NCBI GenBank assembly: GCA_965204725.1
Contig: OZ242005.1
Span: forward strand, 2,848,001 to 2,912,000
Direction of reading: 5' to 3'
DNA length: 64,000 nucleotides
DNA from: Candidatus Latescibacterota bacterium
GTDB taxonomy: Bacteria; Latescibacterota; UBA2968; UBA8231
Positions 46,698-56,606 of this stretch are shown piece by piece. Under the pieces are notes generated by a model that was given only the letters and a program-made list of their open reading frames with translations, was not told the origin of the DNA and ran no database searches. The number at the start of each line of letters is the position of its first letter. Within the stretch, counting starts at the first letter, position 1. A program made the position numbers and the translations under genes.

Positions 46698-49600
46698 AAC
46701 TCGTCGAGTTTTCCACTCGTCGCCGCGTCACCGTGGCGATGCTGATGGTGGCGATCATCGCCTTTGGCGGGGTCGGCTTTTCGCGCCTAGCCGTCAACCT
46801 CCTCCCGGACATCACCTATCCCACGATCACCGTCCGCACCGAATACGAGGGCGTGGCCCCCTTGGAGATTGAGCGTCTCATTTCCGAGCCGGTCGAGGGA
46901 TTGGTCGGCGTGGTCAGCAACGTGGTCCGCGTGGCGTCGATTTCGCGACCGGGCATCTCGGATGTGGTCGTAGAGTTCGGCTGGGGCACCAACATGGACT
47001 TTGCCTCGCTCGACATCCGCGAAAAGCTCGATTTGGCCAATCTGCCGCGCGACGCCAGCAAGCCCATCCTCTTGCGCTTCGACCCCTCGCTCGACCCGGT
47101 AATGCGCTTGGCGTTTTACGGCACGTTGAGCCTGATGGAGATGCGGCGCGTTGCCGAAGAACGCCTGCGCCCCGACCTCGAAAGCCTCGAAGGCGTCGCG
47201 GCCATCCGCATCAACGGCGGCCTAGAGGAAGAGATCCAAGTCGAGGTCGAAGCCCGGCGCCTCGCCCACCTCGGCATCTCCATCCACGAGGTCACCAGCC
47301 GCCTCGCCGCGGAAAATGTCAACCTGACCGGCGGGGTGCTCAAGGACGGCGAAGCCGAGTTCCTCGTCAGGACCCTCAACGAGTTCCAAGGCATAGACGA
47401 GATCGGGGAGATCGTCATCGGTCAGATCGATCGCGCGCCGATCAAGCTCAAGGACGTGGGGCGCGTCTTCCGCGGCCACCGCGAGCGCGACCTCGTCACC
47501 CGCATTAACGGCCGCGAGGGCGTCGAGGTCTCGGTCTTTAAGGAAGGCGACGCCAATACCGTCCAAGTCAGCGCGGCGGTGCAGGAGCGTTTAGACGAGT
47601 TTCTCGCGGAAAACGCCTCCCTGCTTGAGGGCAGCGGCATGGAGGTTGTCTTTAACCAAGCGACCTTTATCCAGCAAGCCGTTGACGAGGTGCTCAACAC
47701 CGCCATTCTCGGCGGCATCCTCGCCGTTGTCATCCTTTTCCTCTTTCTCCGCGACCTCAAAAGCACGGCCATCATCGGCCTGTCGATCCCCCTCTCCGTG
47801 GTCGCGACCTTTTTCCTGATGTTCGGCTCGGACGTCAGCCTCAACATCATGTCGCTGGGCGGGCTGGCTTTGGGGGTCGGGATGCTGGTTGACAACTCCA
47901 TTGTGGTCTTGGAAAGCGTGCAGCGCTACCGCGACCAAGGGCTGAGTGTCTTGGCCGCGGCCGTGCGCGGGGCCAGCGAGGTAGGCCGCGCCGTCATCGC
48001 CGCGACCACTACCACTATCTGCGTCTTTTTGCCCATCGTCTTTGTCGAGGGGGTTGCCGGCCAGCTCTTTCGCGATCAGGCACTCGCCGTCACCTACTCG
48101 CTGGTCTCTTCCCTCGTGGTCGCGCTGATGCTGATACCCATGCTCTCGTCCCTGAGCCTTGAGCGCATGATTGCCGAGGCCGAAGAAATTGGCCCCAAAC
48201 GCGGCGTCCAAGGCCCGGCGTTCCTCATCGGCCTGCTCCGCACCCTAGGCCGCGGCGTCGGCCGCGTCTTTTCCACCCTGCTCTTCCCCCTGTACTGGCT
48301 ATTCGACCTCGTATTCAATGCGTTCAACACAGCGTATCCACCCTTTTTGAGTTGGGCGTTGCGCCGGCGCTTGCTGGTCCTCGCCGTCTTTATTGGGCTA
48401 GGGGCCTTGGTCCTCGGGCGGGCGCAGCACCTAGGGCTGGAGCTGATCCCAGAGATGAGCCAAGGCGAGTTCCTCGTCGATCTCGAATGGCGTGCGGGCA
48501 CTCCGCTGGAGCAGACCGCCGCCCAAGTCGCCGCGCTCGATAGACAGGTCCGCAGGCTCTGGGGAATCGCCTCGGTCTTTGCGCTCGTCGGCAGCAGTGC
48601 CCAAACCGGCGGCACGGCCGCCGACAAAAAGGAACACACCGCCCATCTCCACGTGCGGCTCGCGCCGGAGATGAGCGAAGAGGCGGCCATCGAAGCGGTC
48701 CGCAGCCTCCTCGGGCGCGTCCCCGACCTGAAGTTCAAATTCTCGCGGCCCGCGTACTTTTCCTTCCGCACCCCGATAGAGGTGGAAATCAGCGGCTACA
48801 GCCTGAGTGCGCTCGACCTGTTGGCCGAGCAAGCGGTCGAGCACCTGCACTCCATCCCCGGGCTGACCGACATCCGCTCGAGCACGGCCGGCGGCCAACC
48901 CGAAGTCCAGATCGTATTCGACCGTCGGCGCGTCGCCGAGCTGGGGACTACCGTGCAGAACATCGGCGAACTGTTGCGCAACAAGCTGCAAGGCGATGTC
49001 GCCACCGAGCTAGCCCGCCGCGACCGCAAGGTCGATATTCGGGTTCGTGCGCTCGACGAGGAGCGCCAGACCGTCGCCGACCTCAAGCAGATGGTCGTCA
49101 GCCCGGCTTCCTATCCCGTGCCGGTCGCGCTCGAATCGGTCGCCCAAGTGCGGGCGGTAGAAGGCCCGGCCGAGATCCGTCGCCTCGACCAAGAGCGCGT
49201 CGCCGTCCTCTCGGCCAACCTCGACGGACGCGATCTGGGCGGCGTGGTAGCAGAGATTGAAGCCGTCCTCGCCGACTTGCCCCTGCCCGAAGGCTTCACC
49301 GTGGCGATCGGCGGCCAAAACGAGGAAATGGTCCGCTCCTTTGACAGCATGAAGTTCGCCCTGCTGTTGGCGGTATTCTTGGTCTATCTGGTCATGGCTT
49401 CGCAATTTGAGTCGCTTTTGCACCCGCTGGTCATCATGTTCACCATTCCCTTGGGCCTGATTGGCAGCGCCCTCGGCCTGCTCGCGACGGGCACCACCAT
49501 CAGCGTGGTGGTGCTCATTGGCCTGATCATGCTCGCCGGCATTGTCGTCAACAACGCCATCGTCCTCGTCGATTATATCAACCACTTGCGCCGCGACGAG

Positions 49601-49834
49601 GGGATGGAAAAATTCGCTGCCGTGCTGCGCGCCGGCGAGGTGCGCTTCCGGCCGATTCTAATGACGACCTCGACGACGGTCTTGGGGCTGTTGCCCATGG
49701 CCTTGGGGCTGGGCGAGGGGGCCGAGATCCGCGCCCCCATGGCCATTACGGTCATTGGCGGCCTCTTGGTCTCCACGCTGCTGACCCTCGTGCTCATTCC
49801 CGTCGTCTATACGCTACTCGATCGCAGCACCTAG
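46694..49834 (+). CDS. RND efflux permease (AcrB/SwrC-like)
   Basis: 1046 aa; LNIMSLGGL..GMLVDNSIVV; QFES..HP; RFRPILMT. Confidence 0.93.
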   Translation: MKLVEFSTRRRVTVAMLMVAIIAFGGVGFSRLAVNLLPDITYPTITVRTEYEGVAPLEIERLISEPVEGLVGVVSNVVRVASISRPGISDVVVEFGWGTNMDFASLDIREKLDLANLPRDASKPILLRFDPSLDPVMRLAFYGTLSLMEMRRVAEERLRPDLESLEGVAAIRINGGLEEEIQVEVEARRLAHLGISIHEVTSRLAAENVNLTGGVLKDGEAEFLVRTLNEFQGIDEIGEIVIGQIDRAPIKLKDVGRVFRGHRERDLVTRINGREGVEVSVFKEGDANTVQVSAAVQERLDEFLAENASLLEGSGMEVVFNQATFIQQAVDEVLNTAILGGILAVVILFLFLRDLKSTAIIGLSIPLSVVATFFLMFGSDVSLNIMSLGGLALGVGMLVDNSIVVLESVQRYRDQGLSVLAAAVRGASEVGRAVIAATTTTICVFLPIVFVEGVAGQLFRDQALAVTYSLVSSLVVALMLIPMLSSLSLERMIAEAEEIGPKRGVQGPAFLIGLLRTLGRGVGRVFSTLLFPLYWLFDLVFNAFNTAYPPFLSWALRRRLLVLAVFIGLGALVLGRAQHLGLELIPEMSQGEFLVDLEWRAGTPLEQTAAQVAALDRQVRRLWGIASVFALVGSSAQTGGTAADKKEHTAHLHVRLAPEMSEEAAIEAVRSLLGRVPDLKFKFSRPAYFSFRTPIEVEISGYSLSALDLLAEQAVEHLHSIPGLTDIRSSTAGGQPEVQIVFDRRRVAELGTTVQNIGELLRNKLQGDVATELARRDRKVDIRVRALDEERQTVADLKQMVVSPASYPVPVALESVAQVRAVEGPAEIRRLDQERVAVLSANLDGRDLGGVVAEIEAVLADLPLPEGFTVAIGGQNEEMVRSFDSMKFALLLAVFLVYLVMASQFESLLHPLVIMFTIPLGLIGSALGLLATGTTISVVVLIGLIMLAGIVVNNAIVLVDYINHLRRDEGMEKFAAVLRAGEVRFRPILMTTSTTVLGLLPMALGLGEGAEIRAPMAITVIGGLLVSTLLTLVLIPVVYTLLDRST

Positions 49835-49844
49835 GAGGTTGGTT

Positions 49845-52800
49845 ATGACCCTGTCGGAATTTTCGCTCAAACGGCCCGTGACCACCCTGATGCTCACCCT
49901 CTGCGCCTTGGTGGTGGGCTTTGTCGCCTTAGATCGCTTGCCCATGGAGCAGTTGCCGAGCATTTCCTCGTCGGGGATCACGGCCCGCGTCCAATACAAC
50001 TCCTCCTCGCCCGAAGAAGTTGAGCGCCTGATTACTCTGCCGCTGGAGCAGACGCTGGGGACTCTTAACAACATCGACCGCATTAGTTCGAGCTCGGGGC
50101 ACAATCGGGGCGAGGTGCGCGTTGACTTTAAGGCCGGCACCGACATGGACTTGGCCAACATGGAAATGCGCGAAAAGCTCGACCAAGCCCGCGCCCTCCT
50201 GCCCGCAGACGTCGATCGCGTCAGCCTGCGCCGCTGGCAGTCCGACCAGCGCCCCATTGTGTACGCCAATTTAGCGTGGCGCGGCGACGGCGACCGCTTG
50301 CTCGACGTAATCCAGAAAGTCATTGAGCCTCGGCTGTTGCGGCTCAACGGCGTCGCCAACGTGGTCATCGACGACCTCGAGGAGAAACAGCTCATCGTCG
50401 AACTCGACCAAGAGCGCTTGCAGACCCACCATATATCGCTGCCCTCGCTCGGCTGGCAGCTCAACGAGAACAACACCAACCTCTCGCTGGGCCGGGTCAT
50501 GGACGGGGGCCAGCGCTACATGGCCCGCGCCGTCGGCGAGTTCACCCGCGTCGAGGATATTGCCAGCATGCCGCTTTTGGGCGGCCAGTTCCGCCTCGGC
50601 GACATCGGCGCGATCAACTACGGCTTCCCCGAAAAGCGCCGCTACGAGCGGCTCAACGGCGTCGATGCGCTCCAGCTAGAAATTTTCAAAGCCTCCACCG
50701 CCAATGTCGTCGATGTCGGCGAGGCCATCGTCGCGGAGCTAAAGGCGATTGAGGGCGAATACGCGGGCCAGCTCGATGTGGCCATCGTCCGCAACCGCGC
50801 TGAGGATGTGCTGCAAGAAGCCGACACGCTCGTCAATTCGGCGCTGCTCGGCGCGTTTTTGGCGATGATCATCATCTTCGTCTTTCTGCGCAATATCCGC
50901 TCGACCATTGTCATCGCCCTCGCCATTCCCACCTCGGCACTCTGCGTCTTTATCGGCATGTACGTCGCCCGCGAGGTCTTTGAGTCCACCATCACCCTCA
51001 ACATGGTCTCCATGATGGGCCTGATGCTGGCGGTGGGGATGTTGGTCGATCCGGCCGTGGTGGTGCTGGAGAGCATTTTCCGCCGGCGTCAAGAAGACGG
51101 CCTCGCAGCCGATGAGGCCGCCCACGTTGGCAGCCGCGAAGTCGGCATGGCGGTCTTGGCCTCGGCCCTGACGACGATCTGCGTCTTCGTGCCCTTCTTC
51201 TTCCTCTCCGAGGGGCGCTCGGCCGCGTGGATGAAGGACGCCGGGATCGCGATATGCCTCGCGGTGGTAGTGTCGATGATCGTCTCGTTGTCCCTGATTC
51301 CGCTGGCTTCTTCCCGGCTGTTCCGCGCCGGGGTTGAGCGCTTCGACCGCTGGCTCAAGCTGCTGGTGGTCGCGGTCGTGGTGGGCATGGCCTGCTGGCA
51401 GGTGCGCGCCGTTGGCTGGCTCGGTTTGCAGGCTTGGTGGGACCGCTGGTCTGGGCTGATTGCCGCTTCGATCGGCGGGATGCAGTGGCAGACCATGCTC
51501 GGGTGTGCGCTGGCTGCGCTGGCCGGGGCCGCGCTCGGCTGGTACTGCTCCCGCCACGGCCTGCGCGCCTCATACAGCCGCTTGCTCAACTGGACGCTCG
51601 ACCACCGCTGGGTCGCCCTGCTGGCCACAGTGGCGTTGACCGGCACCGGGTACTACCTCTACAACCAAATCGAGCAACGCGGCACTCCTTGGACCCCAGA
51701 GCGCCGGGTCGATATGACGGTGGTCATCGACCGCAGCTACAGCCTCGAAGAGATTCGCACGCATTTCGACCAAATCGAGGACATCCTCCTCGCGCAACAG
51801 GACTCGCTCGACCTTGAATCGCTCACGACCCGCTTTGGCCTGCGCCGCGGCAGCATCCGCGCCTATCTCGTCGATGCCGACGCGGGCCGGTTCTCGACCA
51901 TGGAAGCGGGCAACGCCATCAAGCAGTTGCTGCCAGAAAAGGTGGGGTACACGTACAAAATGGGCCGCTCGCGCAGTTGGACCGGCAACCAACTGGGCGT
52001 CGAAGTCCAGCTTCACGGCCGCAATCCAGAGGTCCTAGCAGTGCTGATGGAGGACGTCAAAGCCGGTCTCGAACAGTTCCCCGGGGTCCAAGACGTCGAT
52101 AGCAGCCTCGAAGACGGCGAGGAGGAAGTCCGCGTTGAGATCAACCGCGCTCAGGCGCTCGGTTATGGGCTGTCGCCGCGCGAGGTGGCCCAAGGAATCT
52201 CCGCGGCCTTGGGCACTCGCCGCACCAGTGGCTTCAAAAGCGACGACCGCGAGATCGACATCGTCATGCAGCTCAACGAGGGCGACCGCGCCACCCTCGA
52301 ACAGCTCAAAAACAGCCGCTACGAGACCCGCGACGGCAGCTCGGTCCAACTCGCGTCGTTGGCCGACTTCGAGCTGGGCTACGGCCCCCGCGATCTCAAG
52401 CGCGAGAATCGGGTCCTCAACGTCACCGTCTTTGCCAACACCAAAGACCGCGGCACCGCCCGCATGCTGATGGAGCCGATCCGCCAAATGATGGAAGGGA
52501 TGCAACTGCCCCCTGGGTATAGCTGGGATTTGGGTCGGGCGGCGCGCTGGGAGCAGGAGGAGGCCCGCGACAACCACTTCACCGCCATTTTTGCCGTGCT
52601 GTTGATCTATCTAATTATGGCCTCGCTCTTTGAGTCCCTGATCCATCCCCTAACCATCATCTTCGCCATCCCCTTCTCGGTGATCGGCGTGGCCTTGGGG
52701 CTGTATGCCCTCGACGTGCCTTTTGACAATAACGGCGTCTTGGGGCTGTTGATCCTCTTTGGCATCGTCGTCAACAACGGCATCGTGCTCATAGCCCATA

Positions 52801-53111
52801 TTAACCACCTGCGGGCCAGCGGGCTGTCGCGACGAGAAGCGATTTGCCTCGGCGGTCAGCACCGGCTCAGGCCCATTCTGATGACCGCCTTTACCACCAT
52901 CCTCAACCTAATGCCGATCGTGCTGCCGATGGTGTATGGCACGTCCGAGGGCTTTGCCCGCCGCTGGGGGCCGGTCGGCTTGGTCGTTGCCAGCGGCTTG
53001 GCGACCTCGACGGTGCTGACCCTGATGCTGGCCCCGACGCTCTATTCGCTGTTGGACGATCTGGCGCTGTGGTGCAAGCGCGTGATGCGCACGGCGCGCA
53101 GCATGGCATAA
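49845..53111 (+). CDS. Second RND efflux permease
   Basis: RBS AGGAGG, ATG 49845; GMLVDPAVVVLE; LFES..HP; RLRPILMT. Confidence 0.92.
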   Translation: MTLSEFSLKRPVTTLMLTLCALVVGFVALDRLPMEQLPSISSSGITARVQYNSSSPEEVERLITLPLEQTLGTLNNIDRISSSSGHNRGEVRVDFKAGTDMDLANMEMREKLDQARALLPADVDRVSLRRWQSDQRPIVYANLAWRGDGDRLLDVIQKVIEPRLLRLNGVANVVIDDLEEKQLIVELDQERLQTHHISLPSLGWQLNENNTNLSLGRVMDGGQRYMARAVGEFTRVEDIASMPLLGGQFRLGDIGAINYGFPEKRRYERLNGVDALQLEIFKASTANVVDVGEAIVAELKAIEGEYAGQLDVAIVRNRAEDVLQEADTLVNSALLGAFLAMIIIFVFLRNIRSTIVIALAIPTSALCVFIGMYVAREVFESTITLNMVSMMGLMLAVGMLVDPAVVVLESIFRRRQEDGLAADEAAHVGSREVGMAVLASALTTICVFVPFFFLSEGRSAAWMKDAGIAICLAVVVSMIVSLSLIPLASSRLFRAGVERFDRWLKLLVVAVVVGMACWQVRAVGWLGLQAWWDRWSGLIAASIGGMQWQTMLGCALAALAGAALGWYCSRHGLRASYSRLLNWTLDHRWVALLATVALTGTGYYLYNQIEQRGTPWTPERRVDMTVVIDRSYSLEEIRTHFDQIEDILLAQQDSLDLESLTTRFGLRRGSIRAYLVDADAGRFSTMEAGNAIKQLLPEKVGYTYKMGRSRSWTGNQLGVEVQLHGRNPEVLAVLMEDVKAGLEQFPGVQDVDSSLEDGEEEVRVEINRAQALGYGLSPREVAQGISAALGTRRTSGFKSDDREIDIVMQLNEGDRATLEQLKNSRYETRDGSSVQLASLADFELGYGPRDLKRENRVLNVTVFANTKDRGTARMLMEPIRQMMEGMQLPPGYSWDLGRAARWEQEEARDNHFTAIFAVLLIYLIMASLFESLIHPLTIIFAIPFSVIGVALGLYALDVPFDNNGVLGLLILFGIVVNNGIVLIAHINHLRASGLSRREAICLGGQHRLRPILMTAFTTILNLMPIVLPMVYGTSEGFARRWGPVGLVVASGLATSTVLTLMLAPTLYSLLDDLALWCKRVMRTARSMA

Positions 53112-53112
53112 C

Positions 53113-53844
53113 GTGAACAAGACCCAACGCAAAGAGCCGCCTTTGCGCGCCGCAGTGCCCGTGCAGGTTCGGCGCGCACTGGCCGAGCTAGTCGATCCCG
53201 ACGTTGCGCTCTGCTTGGCGGTCGCTACGGACATCAAGCTCGATGGTCAGTACGGCGAGGCGTGGCTCATGGCCACGGACGACCTGCTGCGGGGCGAGTT
53301 GCGGGTGGCGTGGATGCGCAGCCTGTTCGGCCCGGTCATGGCCTTTATAACCTCTCTGGGCACCATCATTTTCTACGAGCCGCAGGCCGGTGCCATTCTC
53401 ATCGACGGCCACGACACCCGCCACCTAAACCTCAAGTCGCTGCGCGAGCAGATCGGCGTGGTCTTGCAGGATCCATTCCTCTTCAACGGCACGGTGGCCG
53501 ACAACATTGCCTACGGCCATCCCGCCGCCTCGCTTGAGCAAATAGTGACCGCGACCAAGGCCGCCAACGCGCACGACTTCGTCATGGACATGCCCGACGG
53601 GTACGACACCATGGTCGGCGAGCGCGGCGTCCGCGTATCTGGCGGCGAGCGGCAGCGGCTGTCGATTGCCCGGGCCATTTTGCGCGACCTGCGCACCTTT
53701 GAGATCTATTCTAGCCGCCGCGATGTGCGCGATCTAGGCAGCGGCCGAGTGCTGGTGCAAGACGCCGACGGCAACCGCTACGAAATTCCCGACTATCGGC
53801 GGCTAGACCCAGCGAGCCGAGCCTCGGTCGAGGAAATGATTTAA
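53113..53844 (+). pseudogene. Multiply deleted in-frame chimera of ABC exporter and DUF1854 sequences
   Basis: Four segments match the N-terminus, a TM helix and the mid-NBD (no Walker A or B) of 56607/58855, and the C-terminus of 61083. Confidence 0.75.
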
Positions 53845-53884
53845 CGCGCTGTCCCATGATGCCGACGCGCAACCTAGCCTACGA

Positions 53885-54358
53885 ATGAGTTTGAACGTGA
53901 CGTCCAATAAAAAAAGAGCCGGTAGCGTCCTGTCTTTGCGGCGCGGTGCCTTGCTGATTTTTGTCCTCGGAACTTTGGGGCTGGGAGCCGAACTGCTGCT
54001 GTTGGGACATTTTGAAGAATGGCGTCAACAAGTGCCCATGGTGTTGCTGGGGCTCGGGTTGATCTTGTTGGCGGCGCGCCTGCTCTACCGAGGTGCGCTT
54101 GTTCTGCGCTTGTTCCGCTGGACCATGCTAGCTTTCGTCTTGGGCGGCCTAGCTGGCCTCTGGTTGCACCTGAGTGCCAATATGGAATTTGAACTGGAGA
54201 TGTACCCGACGCTGAGCGGGTTGGAACTGCTAGCTAAGGCATTGGGCGGCGCCCTGCCGGCGTTGGCCCCTGGGGCGCTGGTTCAGCTCGGATTGATTGG
54301 GTTCCTTTATACACACCAACACCCGGCCCTGAGCCGGGGGCAAACCAAGGAGAATTAA
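53885..54358 (+). CDS. Four-TM membrane protein of unknown function
   Basis: 157 aa, hydrophobic; ELLLLGHFE, PALAPG. Confidence 0.7.
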   Translation: MSLNVTSNKKRAGSVLSLRRGALLIFVLGTLGLGAELLLLGHFEEWRQQVPMVLLGLGLILLAARLLYRGALVLRLFRWTMLAFVLGGLAGLWLHLSANMEFELEMYPTLSGLELLAKALGGALPALAPGALVQLGLIGFLYTHQHPALSRGQTKEN

Positions 54359-54361
54359 GCC

Positions 54362-54991
54362 ATGCAGCGAGTCGTTTTAGCCGGGGTTTTAGCCATCTGC
54401 CTCTGCGGTAGCACTCATGGGCAGGTGGGTAAAAACGAAACGGTCCTCAATCCCAACCGCGCCGGCGTCGAGCAGCTATTGGCCTTGACGTCCCTCGATT
54501 CGGCGTTGGTCGAGGGCCTCATGGCGCGGCGGCCCTTTATCGGGATGGAAGCGTTCGACGCCTATTTGGATTCGACCCTAGCGGATTCAGTCAGAGCCGA
54601 ACTGTACGTCGAGATCTTCCTGCCGATCAACCTCAACAGCGCGAGCGACGCCGCGATGCAACTGGTGCCGGGGGTTGGTCCGCGGCTGGCACACGAGTTT
54701 GACGAGTATCGTCCCTACCAGAGCTTGGCTCAGTGGCGGCGCGAAATCGGCAAATACGTCGATGACGACGAACTCGCCCGCTTGGAGCAGTACGTCTTCG
54801 TGCCGCTCGAACTCAACAGCACCAGCGAGGCCGATTTCCGCACGATCCCAGGGGTTGGTCCGCGGCTGGCACACGAGTTTGACGAGTATCGTCCCTACCA
54901 GAGCCTAGCTCAGTGGCGGCGCGAAATCGGCAAATACGTCGATGACGACGAACTCGCCCGCTTGGAACGGTATGTATTTCTAAAAGAGTGA
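54362..54991 (+). CDS. Secreted helix-hairpin-helix (ComEA-like) protein
   Basis: Signal peptide; INLNSAS....LVPGVGPR..HEFDEYRPY, twice. Confidence 0.8.
   Translation: MQRVVLAGVLAICLCGSTHGQVGKNETVLNPNRAGVEQLLALTSLDSALVEGLMARRPFIGMEAFDAYLDSTLADSVRAELYVEIFLPINLNSASDAAMQLVPGVGPRLAHEFDEYRPYQSLAQWRREIGKYVDDDELARLEQYVFVPLELNSTSEADFRTIPGVGPRLAHEFDEYRPYQSLAQWRREIGKYVDDDELARLERYVFLKE
54671..54966 (+). repeat. Near-identical internal direct repeat (about 116 bp, period 180 bp)
   Basis: 54671-54786 vs 54851-54966, differing only around GAGCTTGGCT/GAGCCTAGCT. Confidence 0.85.
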
Positions 54992-55569
54992 TGGCTAAAA
55001 CCGACCGCAAAAAGCAAATCATCGAAGAGGCGGCCCGCCTCTTTTCGGCCAAGCGCTTCGACGAAGTGCTCATGGACGACATTGCCCAGCAGGCCGGCGT
55101 CGGCAAGGGGACGATTTACACGTATTTTGCCGACAAGGAAGAGCTGTACTTTGCGGTGGTCTTTGAAGGGATTCGGCGGCTCAACGAGCAGCTTCAGCGC
55201 GAGGCCAATCGCCCGCAGGACCCCGAGGAGGAACTGCGCCGCATGGTCCACGCCATCGTCTCCTTCTTCAGCCAAAACCGCTTCTTCTTCCGCTTGATGT
55301 CGCAGGAGGACGGCAAGAGCGAAGGCGGCAAGGGCGAAAACCGCAAGCGCTGGCGGGCAGAACGGCGCATCCAGCTCGCCGCGATCGAGACGGTCCTGCA
55401 AAACGGTGCTGAACAGGGCGTCTTCTCGGTTGAGCATCCGAAGGTTGAAACCGCCATCCTCCGCGACATGGTGCGCTCGGTGATGATCCACGCGAAGGGC
55501 CTGAGTGCCGAGGCGATGGTCAATACCATCATGCGCATTTTCCTCCAAGGCATCCGCAAAAGGCCCTGA
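54988..55569 (+). CDS. TetR/AcrR family transcriptional regulator
   Basis: MDDIAQQAGVGKGTIYTYFADKEEL HTH. Confidence 0.92.
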   Translation: MMAKTDRKKQIIEEAARLFSAKRFDEVLMDDIAQQAGVGKGTIYTYFADKEELYFAVVFEGIRRLNEQLQREANRPQDPEEELRRMVHAIVSFFSQNRFFFRLMSQEDGKSEGGKGENRKRWRAERRIQLAAIETVLQNGAEQGVFSVEHPKVETAILRDMVRSVMIHAKGLSAEAMVNTIMRIFLQGIRKRP

Positions 55570-55609
55570 GCGACCTGTCTAGCGCGGAGTTCGGATTATA
55601 ACCATCGGC

Positions 55610-56365
55610 TCATATATTGTAGTGCAGCCCGCACTCTTTGTGATCGCTCGCGCCGCTGTCGTGCCCGTTGAACCAGCGCCAGCGACCGACGCGCTTGTGT
55701 TCGCCCGGGCGGGTCGGGGTAGAGCATATAATGCAGCCAAAGCTCGGATAGCCCTGCCCGTAGAGCGGATGGACCGGCAACTCGTTTTCCTTGGTAAATT
55801 CCATTAGCTGCTCCTCGGTCCAATCCACCAACGGGTTGAGCTTGACTATTTTTCGCTGCGTGCCGTATTCATTGATCAAGGCCGCCTTCTTCGCCGTCTG
55901 CTGGCGGTGCTCGGACTGATCCCAACGCTGCCCGGAAATCCAACAATCCGCGGTCCGCAACAGCGCGTTGTTGGGCCATTCTTTGCGGACTTGGCAGCAG
56001 TGCTCCTGTTTTTCCTTGGAATCAAAAAACAAGTACTCGCCGTGGCGCGAAACCATAAGCTGGACATCGCGGCGCTTGGGCTGAAAGACCTCAATGTGGC
56101 AGCCGTAGCGCGCCTCAACTTCTTGGAGAAACGCGTACGTCTCCGGGTGGAGCCGGAGGGTGTCAATGGTTGCGAGGCGCAAGTCTAGCCCCAAGGACGA
56201 GGCTATGTGGATCATGGCCACGCCAGTGTACTGGAAGCTGGTGTTGAGGACGGCCCGGCCGGGAAAGGTCTCGCTGGCCCAGCGCAGCAGGTCCTCGGCC
56301 GACATCTGGGCTAGGGGCAAGTCGCGGATGTAGTGTTCTAACTGCTGATTGCGTTCTTTGTCCAT
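55610..56365 (-). CDS. cysH: Adenylyl/phosphoadenylyl-sulfate reductase (probably the [4Fe-4S] APS-reductase type)
   Basis: IDTLRLHPETY, CCQVRK, GYPSFGCIICS, GRWRW, ECGLH; CC plus CxxC indicates an Fe-S cluster; ATG 56365. Confidence 0.88.
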   Translation of the reverse strand: MDKERNQQLEHYIRDLPLAQMSAEDLLRWASETFPGRAVLNTSFQYTGVAMIHIASSLGLDLRLATIDTLRLHPETYAFLQEVEARYGCHIEVFQPKRRDVQLMVSRHGEYLFFDSKEKQEHCCQVRKEWPNNALLRTADCWISGQRWDQSEHRQQTAKKAALINEYGTQRKIVKLNPLVDWTEEQLMEFTKENELPVHPLYGQGYPSFGCIICSTPTRPGEHKRVGRWRWFNGHDSGASDHKECGLHYNI

Positions 56366-56442
56366 CTCGTCGTCTGAAGCAGGGGAAAATGACCTTATAA
56401 TATAAGATATGGAGAACATATTGAGAAAAGAGACGCGCAGGG

Positions 56443-56517
56443 CTAAGTACGCGACACCTGCTTTAAGTCCGCCTTTTCTGGTGCTCCCGCTACGTCCGGG
56501 ATCGAGGGCGTCCTTAG
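56443..56517. repeat. REP/MITE-like intergenic repeat, copy B (inverted relative to copy A)
   Basis: CTAAGTACGCGAC...GGGATCGAGGGCGTCC matches the reverse complement of 40003-40074. Confidence 0.7.
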
Positions 56518-56606
56518 CAGGTTGGCCGCTTCATCCTCTTGCCATTGTTCAAACGGCAGGATTAGCTTTTTCAGGCTAGATAGGCGAACCAAAGCGAGCA
56601 CGAGCC

